Assembly (NCBI GenBank): GCA_963798485.1 | Contig: CAWCTR010000014.1 | Coordinates: 1 to 64,000, forward strand | Origin: an uncultured delta proteobacterium | GTDB taxonomy: Bacteria > Desulfobacterota > Desulfomonilia > UBA1062 | DNA length: 64,000 bases | Direction of reading: 5' to 3' | Part shown: piece after piece, positions 20,119 to 30,012 of the stretch | How the letters are laid out: the number at the start of each line of letters is the position of its first letter | Position numbering within the stretch: the stretch's first letter is position 1 | Translations under genes and position numbers: made by a program | The notes under the pieces: generated by a model | Database searches by the model: none | Seen by the model: only the letters and a program-made list of their open reading frames with translations | What the model was told of the DNA's origin: nothing

Positions 20119-20721
20119 CTAGGTATTTTCTATTTTTTTAAAAAGATCTTTAAATGTTTCGATCGGTTGTGCACCTACAATTTTATAGTGGTCATTGATG
20201 AGGAACGTCGGTACCCCTGTGAGTTTAATCCGTCTGGCTTCTTCTCTTGTTTCATCAAGCCGCCCAGCATAGCGATGCTCCATCAAGGCATGCCCCATTT
20301 CATTGATGTTCAAGCCGCAGGAAAGTGCTATTTCATTGATCGTATCTATGTTGCCTATATCTTTTAATTCTGTGAAATAAATAGGGAACACCTGTTCATG
20401 AAAGAGGTCATGCTTTCCCATGTCACGGGCAAATTCACTCGCCTCTAAGGCCATGCGGGAATTGGATAGTTTCAATAGCTGAGAGAATGTGATGCCCAGT
20501 TCCTTGCCTCTATTCATGATGTTTTCATACATCCTTATCCTATCCGTGTCAGAAAATCTTTTTGCCAAGGGTATGCCCTTAGGTGGTGTCTCGGGATGCA
20601 GTTCAAAGCTCAGCCATGTATCTTTGATGCTAAATTCCTTCTTCAAAGATTCGACAATGCCCTTGCCGATATAACAGAACGGTCAGATGTAGTCGGAAAA
20701 GATTCTCATCTCAATGCTCAT
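20119..20721 (-). CDS. DsbA/FrnE-family oxidoreductase, probable selenoprotein (UPFC)
   Basis: ATG at 20721 gives MSIEMRIFSDYI-TGA-PFCYIGK, in frame with the ORF-track protein (FELHP, GVPTF, GAQP). The TGA at 20683-20685 sits at the catalytic Cys position and a hairpin follows. Confidence 0.85.
20656..20685 (-). promoter_or_regulatory. Sec UGA codon and putative bacterial SECIS hairpin (hairpin extends to about 20651)
   Basis: UGA-N13-UCGGCAA-GGGCA-UUGUCGA: a 7-bp stem with a G-initiated loop. Confidence 0.6.
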
Positions 20722-20874
20722 TACCCGCATTCCCTCCAGTCTGAACTGTATTCCGATCCAAATCTGATCCCGAGAGATCTTGCCATTGCAACACTCTTTT
20801 CAATAATACGATTCATCATGGTTACACCACTAGAGATAACTCCAATACCAGCATTTTCAAGGGAGGAGGTGCGT

Positions 20875-20979
20875 TTCGAAGAGATGCTCGGTCATGCATC
20901 AACAGCCATGAGCGAACGATATAGCCATGTAGGACAGAACAGTATGCGCGATGCCGTGAGAAATCTTGAGCAGTCATGA
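20875..20979 (+). pseudogene. Tyrosine recombinase/integrase C-terminal remnant
   Basis: EEMLGHASTAMSERYSHV...AVRNL matches the box II LGH...Y motif; the rest of the gene is absent. Confidence 0.65.
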
Positions 20980-21261
20980 GAACAGAATCAGAAAAATAAT
21001 GTGGTCAGTATCAATAAGAATGAAAATCGGCGACGTAGCCCTACCCTCAACCTAACTTTCCACCACCCACGTAACTATACCCCATATCTCGATAAAAATG
21101 TTGGATTACTATAATCTGACATCATAAGTAATTTTCACAAAACTCATAACAAAGTCTTCGATGATGAAATTTGATTCCACTAAAAAGAAAATCAATTCCC
21201 ATATTGGATGTTTGCTGTACAAAGGTTCCTTCTAGTTATTTGAAATATTGATAGATCATGT

Positions 21262-21278
21262 TTGGCACAAATCTTGCC
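21262..21278 (+). promoter_or_regulatory. Sigma54 (-24/-12) promoter
   Basis: TGGCAC-AAATC-TTGC, about 115 bp upstream of the 902-aa gene. Confidence 0.7.
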
Positions 21279-21393
21279 GATAAATGCATTAAGACTACCA
21301 GGGGAGAAATATGTTCTCTTGGAAGTGTTCATTCATAGAATGGATGCAAATATAGTCATTGTGAGCTGAGTTTTTTTTAAGAGGAACAATTGG

Positions 21394-24102
21394 TTGATTA
21401 ATGCCATAAGGTTTTATATTTATATTATATTAATATTATGTTCTGCTTTCCTATTCACGGGAAGAGTATCCGCCGAAGAATGGGAATGGCAGAATCCACT
21501 TCCACAGGGTAACAATCTGAATGCCGTCTTAAGCATCTCAAATAATGATGTTTATGCTGTTGGGTACAATGGGACTATTATGCACTATGACGGCAATATC
21601 TGGGAAAGCATGCCCAGCGGGACCACGAATAACCTTTGCTCTATCTGGGGTATCACAAGCAACAATCTCTTCGCTGTAGGATACAATGGCACAATACTGC
21701 ATTATGATGGCAAAACCTGGGAAACCATGTCCAGTTGCACCATAAATTACCTCTGGGGAGTATGGGGTTCTTCAAACAATGACGTTTATGCTGTCGGATA
21801 TAACGGTATTATCCTTCATTATAATGGCACTGCATGGACAAATATGAACAGTGGGACAACTAGGACCTTGAGAAATATATGGGGAACATCTGTCAATAAT
21901 GTATATGTGGTTGGATATGATGGTACTATTCTCCATTTTGACGGGGCTACGTGGATTACCATGCCTACCAACGCACATAAAGATCTGTTAGGGATCTGGG
22001 GAAGCTCTGACCGAGATATCTTTGCTGTTGGTTATGATGGCACAATTATTCATTTTGATGGCAACTCATGGAACACCATGAATAGTGGGGTAAGGAAGGA
22101 TCTTCTGTGTATCTGGGGAAACTCAGCAAACGATATCTATGCAGTTGGAGATGCAAGTACGATCCTGCATTATGACGGCAACACATGGACCACTATGAAT
22201 AGTGATAGGATATCAAATCTTTATAGTATTTCTGGCAATGCAGATAGCAGTGTCTTTGCCGTAGGCGCTGGAGGCACGATCTTACGCTATGAGAATAATA
22301 CATGGGCCTCAATGACAAATGGCAAAAAAACTAATTTGTTGGGAGTGTTAGGAAACTCAAAAGATGTCATCCTTGCCGTTGGCGATGATGGTACTGTCTT
22401 GAAGTATGATGGCAATTCATGGAACTCCATGGATACAGGATCGAATAGTGCTCTGAACAGTGCCTGGATCAGTCCTGACAACGATATCTTTGCCGTTGGA
22501 TATAATGGCATGATAATGCACTACACACCCGGCATATGGAGCACAATGGAAAGTGGAACGACCTCCACCCTTATGGGAATTTGGGGGGCCTCATCGAATG
22601 ATATTTTTACAGTAGGTTCCAATGGTTTGATCTTACATTATGATGGCAGCATATGGAACTCGATAAACAGCAATACGACATCTAACCTTAATAGTATTTG
22701 GGGAACATCGAGCAGTGACCTGTTCGCTGTTGGAGAACATGGGACCATTCTTCATTTTAACGGTACCGCTTGGACCAAAATGTCAGAAAGTATTGACAAG
22801 ACTTTTGTTGACAAAACTTTGATGAGAATCTGGGGTACCTCAGCAACTGATGTTTATGCAGTCGGAGAATCAGGAACAATCCTCCACTATGACGGGAAAT
22901 CCTGGAACACCATGAACAGCGAGACATCCTCTCTCCTCAATGGAGTATGGGGAACTTCAGGCAGTGATGTTTATATCGTTGGTGAATTGGGGACAGTCCT
23001 ACACTATGATGGCAGCACATGGAGTAACATGAATAAGGGGACGAATAATTCTCTCAGCATGATTTGGGGAAGCTCACCAACCAATATCTTTGCAGTAGGA
23101 GATGCAGGGACAATTCTTCACTATAATAAAAATAATGGAGAAACACAGGCATCATTACCTTCATCGATTTCAAAACCTGATGTTTCCGTTTCTACGACAG
23201 CTCTCCCCTACGAAACCGCCCCCTTGTCACTCGCAGACAACTCGAAAGGGTCCTCATTTTCTTTAGAGAAAATTCCCAATACTGGAGCAACACTTACTCC
23301 AAATATACAGAATCAAACATCCAGCAATCCTGAATCTAAAACCGAGACCTTACCCGTTATGGAGCAATCAGATCCTGGCGCTAAAAACAAACTTGCTTCT
23401 GCCTCAGTCTCGCTGCCTCACCAGGATTATGCAGACGACAAGGACATGACAAAAATTGATAGTTCGAAAGATAGCAATGCAGGTATTGAGCCGGTTACAA
23501 TACAAGACGCACAACCTTCAAAAACCGGTGACACCATCGACCAGACTGCAACCAGCAAACTTACAATCCATGCAGAAGAGGAAACATTACCTTCCAAGAT
23601 GCATATCTCTCAGTCACCAACAGCAGAAGCTGAAAACAATCACGACGATAGCACCCCATTGAAAACTGGTATCGAAAATAATGAATCAGTCCCGATTATC
23701 TCTCAATCAAATCAGTTGAGTACCGATGACGTCCAGGAAGCCGGTGATAGAAGCAACATCACAACCGATATCTCAACATCTAAAAAAGCCCTTGATGTCT
23801 CCTTGCCTTCACCGAAGCAGATTAAAGTCCCTTTAGCTTCATACATACTTGCAAGTAATGACGGTAGTGCTCATCATGTCCTTGAAAATGGCATGTTCCC
23901 CTACAGCACAGGAACGATAAAGAAAAACAACGAATCATTGCCTAATAGTAATGTAGTTAAGAGGGAAGAAGGTGAAAAAGTCAGTTCTCAAGCTGCTTAT
24001 GCTTTGTATAATTATTTCTTCCATTTTATACCCCTCTTTGTTTTTATGTGTATCTTGTTTATCAGCATTTTCAATCTGTACAGAAGACGCATGAGCGATT
24101 GA
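21394..24102 (+). CDS. Membrane-anchored surface protein with 14 x 39-aa beta-propeller-like repeats and an S/T/P-rich stalk
   Basis: Signal peptide; repeat L..IWG.S..DVYAVG..GTILHYDG..W x14; about 290-aa low-complexity region; C-terminal TM helix followed by RRR. Confidence 0.85.
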   Translation: MINAIRFYIYIILILCSAFLFTGRVSAEEWEWQNPLPQGNNLNAVLSISNNDVYAVGYNGTIMHYDGNIWESMPSGTTNNLCSIWGITSNNLFAVGYNGTILHYDGKTWETMSSCTINYLWGVWGSSNNDVYAVGYNGIILHYNGTAWTNMNSGTTRTLRNIWGTSVNNVYVVGYDGTILHFDGATWITMPTNAHKDLLGIWGSSDRDIFAVGYDGTIIHFDGNSWNTMNSGVRKDLLCIWGNSANDIYAVGDASTILHYDGNTWTTMNSDRISNLYSISGNADSSVFAVGAGGTILRYENNTWASMTNGKKTNLLGVLGNSKDVILAVGDDGTVLKYDGNSWNSMDTGSNSALNSAWISPDNDIFAVGYNGMIMHYTPGIWSTMESGTTSTLMGIWGASSNDIFTVGSNGLILHYDGSIWNSINSNTTSNLNSIWGTSSSDLFAVGEHGTILHFNGTAWTKMSESIDKTFVDKTLMRIWGTSATDVYAVGESGTILHYDGKSWNTMNSETSSLLNGVWGTSGSDVYIVGELGTVLHYDGSTWSNMNKGTNNSLSMIWGSSPTNIFAVGDAGTILHYNKNNGETQASLPSSISKPDVSVSTTALPYETAPLSLADNSKGSSFSLEKIPNTGATLTPNIQNQTSSNPESKTETLPVMEQSDPGAKNKLASASVSLPHQDYADDKDMTKIDSSKDSNAGIEPVTIQDAQPSKTGDTIDQTATSKLTIHAEEETLPSKMHISQSPTAEAENNHDDSTPLKTGIENNESVPIISQSNQLSTDDVQEAGDRSNITTDISTSKKALDVSLPSPKQIKVPLASYILASNDGSAHHVLENGMFPYSTGTIKKNNESLPNSNVVKREEGEKVSSQAAYALYNYFFHFIPLFVFMCILFISIFNLYRRRMSD

Positions 24103-24285
24103 TTATCTCAATATCATTCTTGCGCCTAAGATGGTTCAATATTACTTGATTCAAATCGTAACAATTATATATTGTATGTTACCCATCCTTCATAGATCTC
24201 ATTAGTGATATTTCACTTGATAAATTATTTTCTAATTAGTAACATCATAATAACCATAGTTACCTATTTAGCTTGAGGTGTATAG

Positions 24286-24984
24286 ATGGATGATGAAATG
24301 ATTAAAAAGAATTTTTTGCTACGCCCCTTTTTGAAACAGTGTCTCAATGAATATTGGAACGAAATAAAAATACATAGTAACTATTCTTGGAAAAAATATA
24401 CTGCATGTCTGCTGATGATTACAGATATAAGCCTAAATGAGATATCTCAATTTACCGGCGTCTCTTATGGGCTCTTAAGAAAATGGAGATCAGAGACTCC
24501 TTTTAAACAAATGATAAATAAACATAGAGAAGAATATCTTGACCTATTTAATATATTCATCACGGACATATTAAAAACACCCTATGTAAAAGAAAATGAC
24601 ATCTTATCTTCATGGCATAATAAGCGGGAGATTTTGCTGTCGGATCCAGAAAAATTAGCTTCAACAGAAGAGATGCTAGCGAACTTGGAATCTCAAGTAG
24701 AATATGGGATAAACCCTGAACTCAATATACTCATGATGAATCTATTGTTGGATAAATACAAAGACAATGAATATGTAGTCACGTTATTTCGCTATCCCAT
24801 CATCTCCGACTTAATCGATGTCCATACAAAAAAAGGGTGCAATAATGTGTTACTACCGTTCCTTCAGATGTACATCGATTGGTGTCTTCGCCGGACACCC
24901 AACAGCTTTAATGGTCATTCTGAAAAAAAGGTACTTGCATTTACTTTGAATAAAATGAAGGAATATCTTGATGCAAACAGATAA
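24286..24984 (+). CDS. Hypothetical protein with possible N-terminal HTH
   Basis: SLNEISQFTGVSYGLLRKWR; GAGGTG RBS; AT-rich. Confidence 0.55.
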   Translation: MDDEMIKKNFLLRPFLKQCLNEYWNEIKIHSNYSWKKYTACLLMITDISLNEISQFTGVSYGLLRKWRSETPFKQMINKHREEYLDLFNIFITDILKTPYVKENDILSSWHNKREILLSDPEKLASTEEMLANLESQVEYGINPELNILMMNLLLDKYKDNEYVVTLFRYPIISDLIDVHTKKGCNNVLLPFLQMYIDWCLRRTPNSFNGHSEKKVLAFTLNKMKEYLDANR

Positions 24985-25079
24985 TGACAGCATAAATGAG
25001 TTGTTATATCACATTTCTTAATCAGAATTATGGCCTGATTCCACATAATCTTTACTAGCCTATGAACAAGATGATGTAA

Positions 25080-26543
25080 CTGGAGTTTCCTGAGTTTTCA
25101 AATTAACCCCACTCACTCCAGGAAGCTGAAGCACAGTTGGAACTCGGGATATTTTGGTTTTGCCGTCTTGTTGAATCCGGTTTTATCGGAGAAGAGGAGC
25201 TTATAGAGCCCATCAGCGATGGCATAATTGAAAAAGGTGGGGATGCCGAAGAACCTCTTGGATACGATATACACTCTCTCAACCAGCATTTTGAGTCTCA
25301 GGTTATCCCCTAAATATACTGCCGCGAAATAGCTGACGGCAAGGACAAGGACCACCATGTTCCGGATACTGGTGTAATGGCGCACCCGGATATCTTCAAG
25401 ATTGTAGCACTGCTTGATGTACCTGAAGGATTCATCGCATTTCCAGCGGGTGAGGTATATCTCAATGATTCTCCAGATGGTCTCGCGGTCCTTCAGGTGA
25501 ACCGGGCAGCTTGTCAAAAGCATCATCGGCTCCTTGCCGAACCCTTTCGCCACCACGAGAAACAACGGAGCATCATGGCCGGGTAGTTTCACCACCACGG
25601 CATTGTAGAAAACGCTTGCCTGGCGTTCTTTCCCTTCCTCATACTTGATCATGACCGCTTCATGCGGACAGGGCAAGGCCGTGGCAAGAAAGTGACAATT
25701 CTTTTTGACGCCTTTATGGATGAGATCTCTGTTCTTCTTAAGACGGATCACAAACCGCTTCGCCTTCCCCTTTTCAAGAAATTTGTCATAGAGCTTACCC
25801 CTGTCCCCTCCGCGGTCGATGGCATAGATACCTTTGCTCCCCACATGGGCGCTCACGGTGTCGATCACTTTGAAGAGCTGATCGTTCTCGCTCTTGAAAT
25901 CCTCGGCTTCCTGCGAATATGCCTCCAGGTACAACGGTATCACCTTCTTATGCTCAATGTCCGCGGCCACTCCTTTGCAGAGCCAGTACCCCTCACCAAT
26001 CTCATGTTCACTTCCATCATGTACCTTGCAGAGACACTCCATCTTCGAGGCATACTTCTTACGGATATCTCCAGGATCTATGGCTATCACCATATCATCA
26101 AGCACCTTCGTGCTCCCAAGGCGGCATATCTCATGGTTGATCGCATCCGTAAAATCCCGATCATCCAGATTCCTCGATAACCGGTCCTCCGTCTTGATCA
26201 GGGGTATGGCCTCATTCAGGCTACGACTCACACTGGACAACTTGATATCCTTCCCGGCCTGTATCCCATACACCATCTCTCGAATGAGCTTCTGCTTCGA
26301 CTTGGGTAATCCCTTGGAAATGATTCCTGAGAATCTCGTTATCTGCCCTTTTATATCCGCTGCTATCCTGGAGTTCCCGGCCATATCGTCTCCATCTCCT
26401 GTATGTGAGCTACTTTCTACCATATCAGCCGGTGAATCTCAGGAATCTTTTACGCTTAGACGTTGTTATCTTGATAAAATAAGCTTCTTACTTTATTTCA
26501 ATAGGTTATCTACTGTTCAGTGATAAAACTCAGGAAACTCCAG
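25080..26543 (-). mobile_element. IS4-family insertion sequence, copy 1 (1464 bp)
   Basis: Terminal IRs CTGGAGTTTCCTGAGTTTT / AAAACTCAGGAAACTCCAG; direct repeat GATGATGTAA at 25070-25079 and 26544-26553. Confidence 0.93.
25113..26423 (-). CDS. IS4-family DDE transposase
   Basis: IAID, AIDRGGD and the Y.TRWKCDESFRYIK (YREK-like) signature; the true start may be the second Met (MAGNSR). Confidence 0.9.
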   Translation of the reverse strand: MVESSSHTGDGDDMAGNSRIAADIKGQITRFSGIISKGLPKSKQKLIREMVYGIQAGKDIKLSSVSRSLNEAIPLIKTEDRLSRNLDDRDFTDAINHEICRLGSTKVLDDMVIAIDPGDIRKKYASKMECLCKVHDGSEHEIGEGYWLCKGVAADIEHKKVIPLYLEAYSQEAEDFKSENDQLFKVIDTVSAHVGSKGIYAIDRGGDRGKLYDKFLEKGKAKRFVIRLKKNRDLIHKGVKKNCHFLATALPCPHEAVMIKYEEGKERQASVFYNAVVVKLPGHDAPLFLVVAKGFGKEPMMLLTSCPVHLKDRETIWRIIEIYLTRWKCDESFRYIKQCYNLEDIRVRHYTSIRNMVVLVLAVSYFAAVYLGDNLRLKMLVERVYIVSKRFFGIPTFFNYAIADGLYKLLFSDKTGFNKTAKPKYPEFQLCFSFLE

Positions 26544-26676
26544 GATGATGTAACGATTGCTATAAGAAATACAAGATTACAGAACATCACAAATTACACA
26601 AGCCGTACGAGAGCATCTTCACTACTGTAGCTCTATTGTATGATCAGACCTCAACTATTCTACTATATATTTCAGC

Positions 26677-27111
26677 TTATGCTTTCATCTCATTTGCAGG
26701 TATTATCATGCTGATTGCCTCAACCGGGCACTCCAAGGCACAGAAGCTGCACCCTATGCATGCTTTCATATCCTTGAGATATGGATAACCGTGAGGATTT
26801 CTTGAGTCATATGGCAAAGAAAGGGACAGACAATTTACCGGGCACGTCTCTATACACATAGTGCATGACATGCATTTTTTGACATTCACCTCCGGCCTCA
26901 TCCACTGTGTACGTTTGATCATGGAACAGATTTGTCCATTCCGGTCAAGCACTGAAGTATGGGGGCATATCCTCCCGCAAGCACCGCACTCAATGCATAC
27001 TAAAGGATCAATCTGATGGACCATTTTATTCTCACCGGTTATGGACATAACAGGGCAGACCTTCTTGCATGCCTGACAGCCGACACACGATTGGGTAATT
27101 GAAAATGACAT
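26677..27111 (-). CDS. Polyferredoxin (four CxxCxxCxxxCP motifs)
   Basis: Four 4Fe-4S motifs; start MSFSIT after AGGAG. Confidence 0.9.
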   Translation of the reverse strand: MSFSITQSCVGCQACKKVCPVMSITGENKMVHQIDPLVCIECGACGRICPHTSVLDRNGQICSMIKRTQWMRPEVNVKKCMSCTMCIETCPVNCLSLSLPYDSRNPHGYPYLKDMKACIGCSFCALECPVEAISMIIPANEMKA

Positions 27112-27127
27112 CTCTCCTGCTCCTTTC

Positions 27128-29095
27128 TCAGCTGATCTCAATACCGAGCCTGGTCATGCACTGTTGTGTAGGCTTTCCCGTTGCCGCGTCCCACCCGAAC
27201 TGTGCCCAATAATCACTCATCATTTGCTCTATTTTTACCGTTCTTCCCTTGTTGGCGCCATGGGTCAGAGGGGCCCTTCCAAGGGCACGTTCACTGAGTT
27301 TATTTGCTTGAGGATCGATACCGTGTTTAATATTAAAAGCCTGCTTCAGGGTCTGGATACGCTCCCCGATCGTCATGTACTCTTCGGGTGACTTGTTCCA
27401 GCCTGTAGCCGCGTTAAGCCAATCAAAGGTAGGTGTCCTCTTGATGCCCAGGAAGGCGCCGAACAAGCAAAGGCCTGCGCCATTTACAACGTTCATATAC
27501 TTACTGCACACAGCGGATTCCTGTGCCTGCTTGTTACTTGCCTTATACCTGCTGCTCTTGAAGTAAAGCTGGAAAGGCAGTTTTTTCGGTATACCCCCGA
27601 CCTTTTTCCAGAGCTGGAACATCTCATAATAGAGATAAGCACCAGTGGTGTGGCGCCCAGGTGCCGGTTCCACCGAATAAGCAACTGCAAAGCCGGGGTC
27701 CATCCTCCCATCATGCATGGCGGGTTCCTGGCCTCCTGCATGAATAGTATACTTTTCCGCTCCTTTGCCGATCTTACGGGATGCCGCCTTTGTACCGTCT
27801 GCCAGGATGTCTCCGATGCCATCCCTGTTGATCATCTTTTCAATGAGTGCAATTACACCCTTCGTGTTGCCCCAGCTTAGATCGATCCCGCCTGTGTCTT
27901 CTTTGGTAAGTATACCCTTCTCATAGCACTCCATTGCAAAAGCAACTGTTGCACCCGCTGAGATGGTATCCATGCCTGCCCTGTTCAACATCTCGTTGAG
28001 GTCGAAGAGGCTCTCCATATCCTCGTTCATACACAAGCCCCCGAGTGCGAGCACCGATTCATATTCCGGTTTGTGTGTCTCCATATCTTTATCTTTACCG
28101 GGCATTGCACAAATACCGCCGCATCCCAAGGGGCAAGAATAGCAGTGGAACTTGACCTTTTCATGACTATTGATAAGGTCAGGATTGGCTGACTTTGATT
28201 TCCTCATGGGCCAGTCCTCATTACTGCCCTTCCAGTTCTTTATGGGGGAATCCCCCCATTCAGGAGACATCTGGTTCAGGCCGCCTGTCCCCCATTTACG
28301 AAGGAGCATCTTATAGATCATACCATCCATGGCCATGGCCGTGGGAAGCAGACGTAACAGCGCGCCGAGGTACCCCATCAAAGCACCCGGGCCAAGAGGA
28401 AGTTGGAACTGTACCCATTTATTGCACATTGTGCTCAGCCGATTCACTTCACTTCTATTATGAGGTCGAATCCGCTTCTTCCCATCCAACACAATCGCCT
28501 TGAGCCTCTTGGAGCCCATTACCGCACCAAGACCCGAACGTGCCGCGAGCCTTCCCTTCTCATTACTTATCCCGGATATCAAGGAGAGGCGTTCACCTGC
28601 AGTACCTATGGAAGCGATCCGAGCCCCTTCACCGAATTCTCTTTTAAGAAGCTCCTCGGTCTCTACCGTATCTTTTCTCCACAAATGCATTGCATCTCTG
28701 AGTTCAGCCCTGCCATTCTTTATATATAAGATCACAGGCTTCTCACTGATGCCTTTGAAAAAGATCCCATCATATCCACATCGTTTTATAGCAGGGGAAA
28801 AAGAGCCTCCACAGTTTGCATCCCCCCATCCACCGGTGAGCGGAGATTTCCCCACAACCATCCATCTTCCTGAGAATAGGCTCCCGGTACCGGTCAGGAG
28901 ACCTGATACGAATCCTAGAATATTATCGGGACCCAACGGATCAGCACCTGCCGGGATTCTCTTATATAAAAGATAAGAGGCCAGACCGAGTCCTGATAGA
29001 AATCTTTCATAGATCTCTTCCGGTATGATTTCTTCTTTGATAGCTCTGGTTGTCAGATCCACCATTAAGATCTTTCCCATGTAGCCTCGGTCCAT
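27128..29095 (-). CDS. aor: Aldehyde:ferredoxin oxidoreductase family protein
   Basis: GYMGKIL.VDL, KSPLTGGWG, AARSGLGAVMGSK.LK, CYSCPLGC, PEYE, GMDTIS motifs. Confidence 0.9.
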   Translation of the reverse strand: MDRGYMGKILMVDLTTRAIKEEIIPEEIYERFLSGLGLASYLLYKRIPAGADPLGPDNILGFVSGLLTGTGSLFSGRWMVVGKSPLTGGWGDANCGGSFSPAIKRCGYDGIFFKGISEKPVILYIKNGRAELRDAMHLWRKDTVETEELLKREFGEGARIASIGTAGERLSLISGISNEKGRLAARSGLGAVMGSKRLKAIVLDGKKRIRPHNRSEVNRLSTMCNKWVQFQLPLGPGALMGYLGALLRLLPTAMAMDGMIYKMLLRKWGTGGLNQMSPEWGDSPIKNWKGSNEDWPMRKSKSANPDLINSHEKVKFHCYSCPLGCGGICAMPGKDKDMETHKPEYESVLALGGLCMNEDMESLFDLNEMLNRAGMDTISAGATVAFAMECYEKGILTKEDTGGIDLSWGNTKGVIALIEKMINRDGIGDILADGTKAASRKIGKGAEKYTIHAGGQEPAMHDGRMDPGFAVAYSVEPAPGRHTTGAYLYYEMFQLWKKVGGIPKKLPFQLYFKSSRYKASNKQAQESAVCSKYMNVVNGAGLCLFGAFLGIKRTPTFDWLNAATGWNKSPEEYMTIGERIQTLKQAFNIKHGIDPQANKLSERALGRAPLTHGANKGRTVKIEQMMSDYWAQFGWDAATGKPTQQCMTRLGIEIS

Positions 29096-29162
29096 ATCTG
29101 CCCCCTCATATATTGTTATTCTTGATATGGCATGAAAGTTCCTATCCCTCAATGACTATGTA

Positions 29163-29975
29163 TCATGCCCAATTCAACGGTTTCTCCAGCGCCTTGCGGG
29201 CAAAGATAGCTGCGCCCAGGGCCCCGATGATCTGGGGGTCAACCGGCAACGAGGTTACTTCCATATTGATGATCCTGGTAAGGGCCTTGAGAAGGCCCAA
29301 ATTCTTGGCACAACCCCCGGTGACCGTTACCTGCGGCTGCATACCGATGCGCTTGAGCAGGGTGAAGCACCGCTTGGACACGGCCGTCTGGATGCCTGCG
29401 GCTATCTCTTCCGGCGGATTTTTTCTGGCCAGGAGGCTTATCACCTCGCTCTCGGCAAAGACGCTGCACTGGGCCGTGACCGGCATGATCTTCCTGGCCT
29501 TCAGAGAAAGATCCGAGAACTGTCCCAGGTCCATGCGGAATATCCTGCTCATGGCCTCGAAAAAACGCCCGGTGCCGGCCGCGCACTTGTCGTTCATGGC
29601 GAACTCAAGGACAGATCCGTCACCGTCCAGTGCAATGGCCTTTACATCTTGGCCCCCGATATCGATGATGGTCTTGATGAGAGGATTGCATGAGAAGGTG
29701 CCCATGGCATGGCAGCTGATCTCCGAGATATTCTTATCGGCAAAGGCCACCTCGTTTCTCCCGTAGCCGGTGCCCACCAGGTAGGCGATGTCCCGGTAGC
29801 TGTCCATATCCGGAACCTGGGCGCAGGCCTTCTCCAGGGCAAGCACCGAGGTCAGCTCCGGGTCGATCTCGCTCGGGACAATGGAGGAGGCAATGATGGA
29901 GCCGTTTTCATCAAGGATCACGGCCTTTCCTGTTGTAGAACCCACGTCGCATCCTCCGAAATACCTTGCTGCCAT
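29163..29975 (-). CDS. ATP-dependent activase (HgdC/BcrAD family)
   Basis: GCDVGSTTGK, GTGYGR, EISCH, DIGGQD.K, MNDKCAAGTGRF, CSVFAESE. Confidence 0.92.
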   Translation of the reverse strand: MAARYFGGCDVGSTTGKAVILDENGSIIASSIVPSEIDPELTSVLALEKACAQVPDMDSYRDIAYLVGTGYGRNEVAFADKNISEISCHAMGTFSCNPLIKTIIDIGGQDVKAIALDGDGSVLEFAMNDKCAAGTGRFFEAMSRIFRMDLGQFSDLSLKARKIMPVTAQCSVFAESEVISLLARKNPPEEIAAGIQTAVSKRCFTLLKRIGMQPQVTVTGGCAKNLGLLKALTRIINMEVTSLPVDPQIIGALGAAIFARKALEKPLNWA

Positions 29976-30012
29976 ATCTGTCTCCCTATCGTTATGGTGT
30001 CGTTAAATAATT

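Noticed and set aside
20596-20979. 127-aa plus-strand ORF as an intact gene
   Set aside because: The 5' part is antisense to the DsbA selenoprotein; only the last ~35 codons look real (integrase tail).
25894-26523. 209-aa and 172-aa antisense ORFs duplicated in both IS copies
   Set aside because: Shadow ORFs of the transposase; their identity simply reflects the IS duplication.
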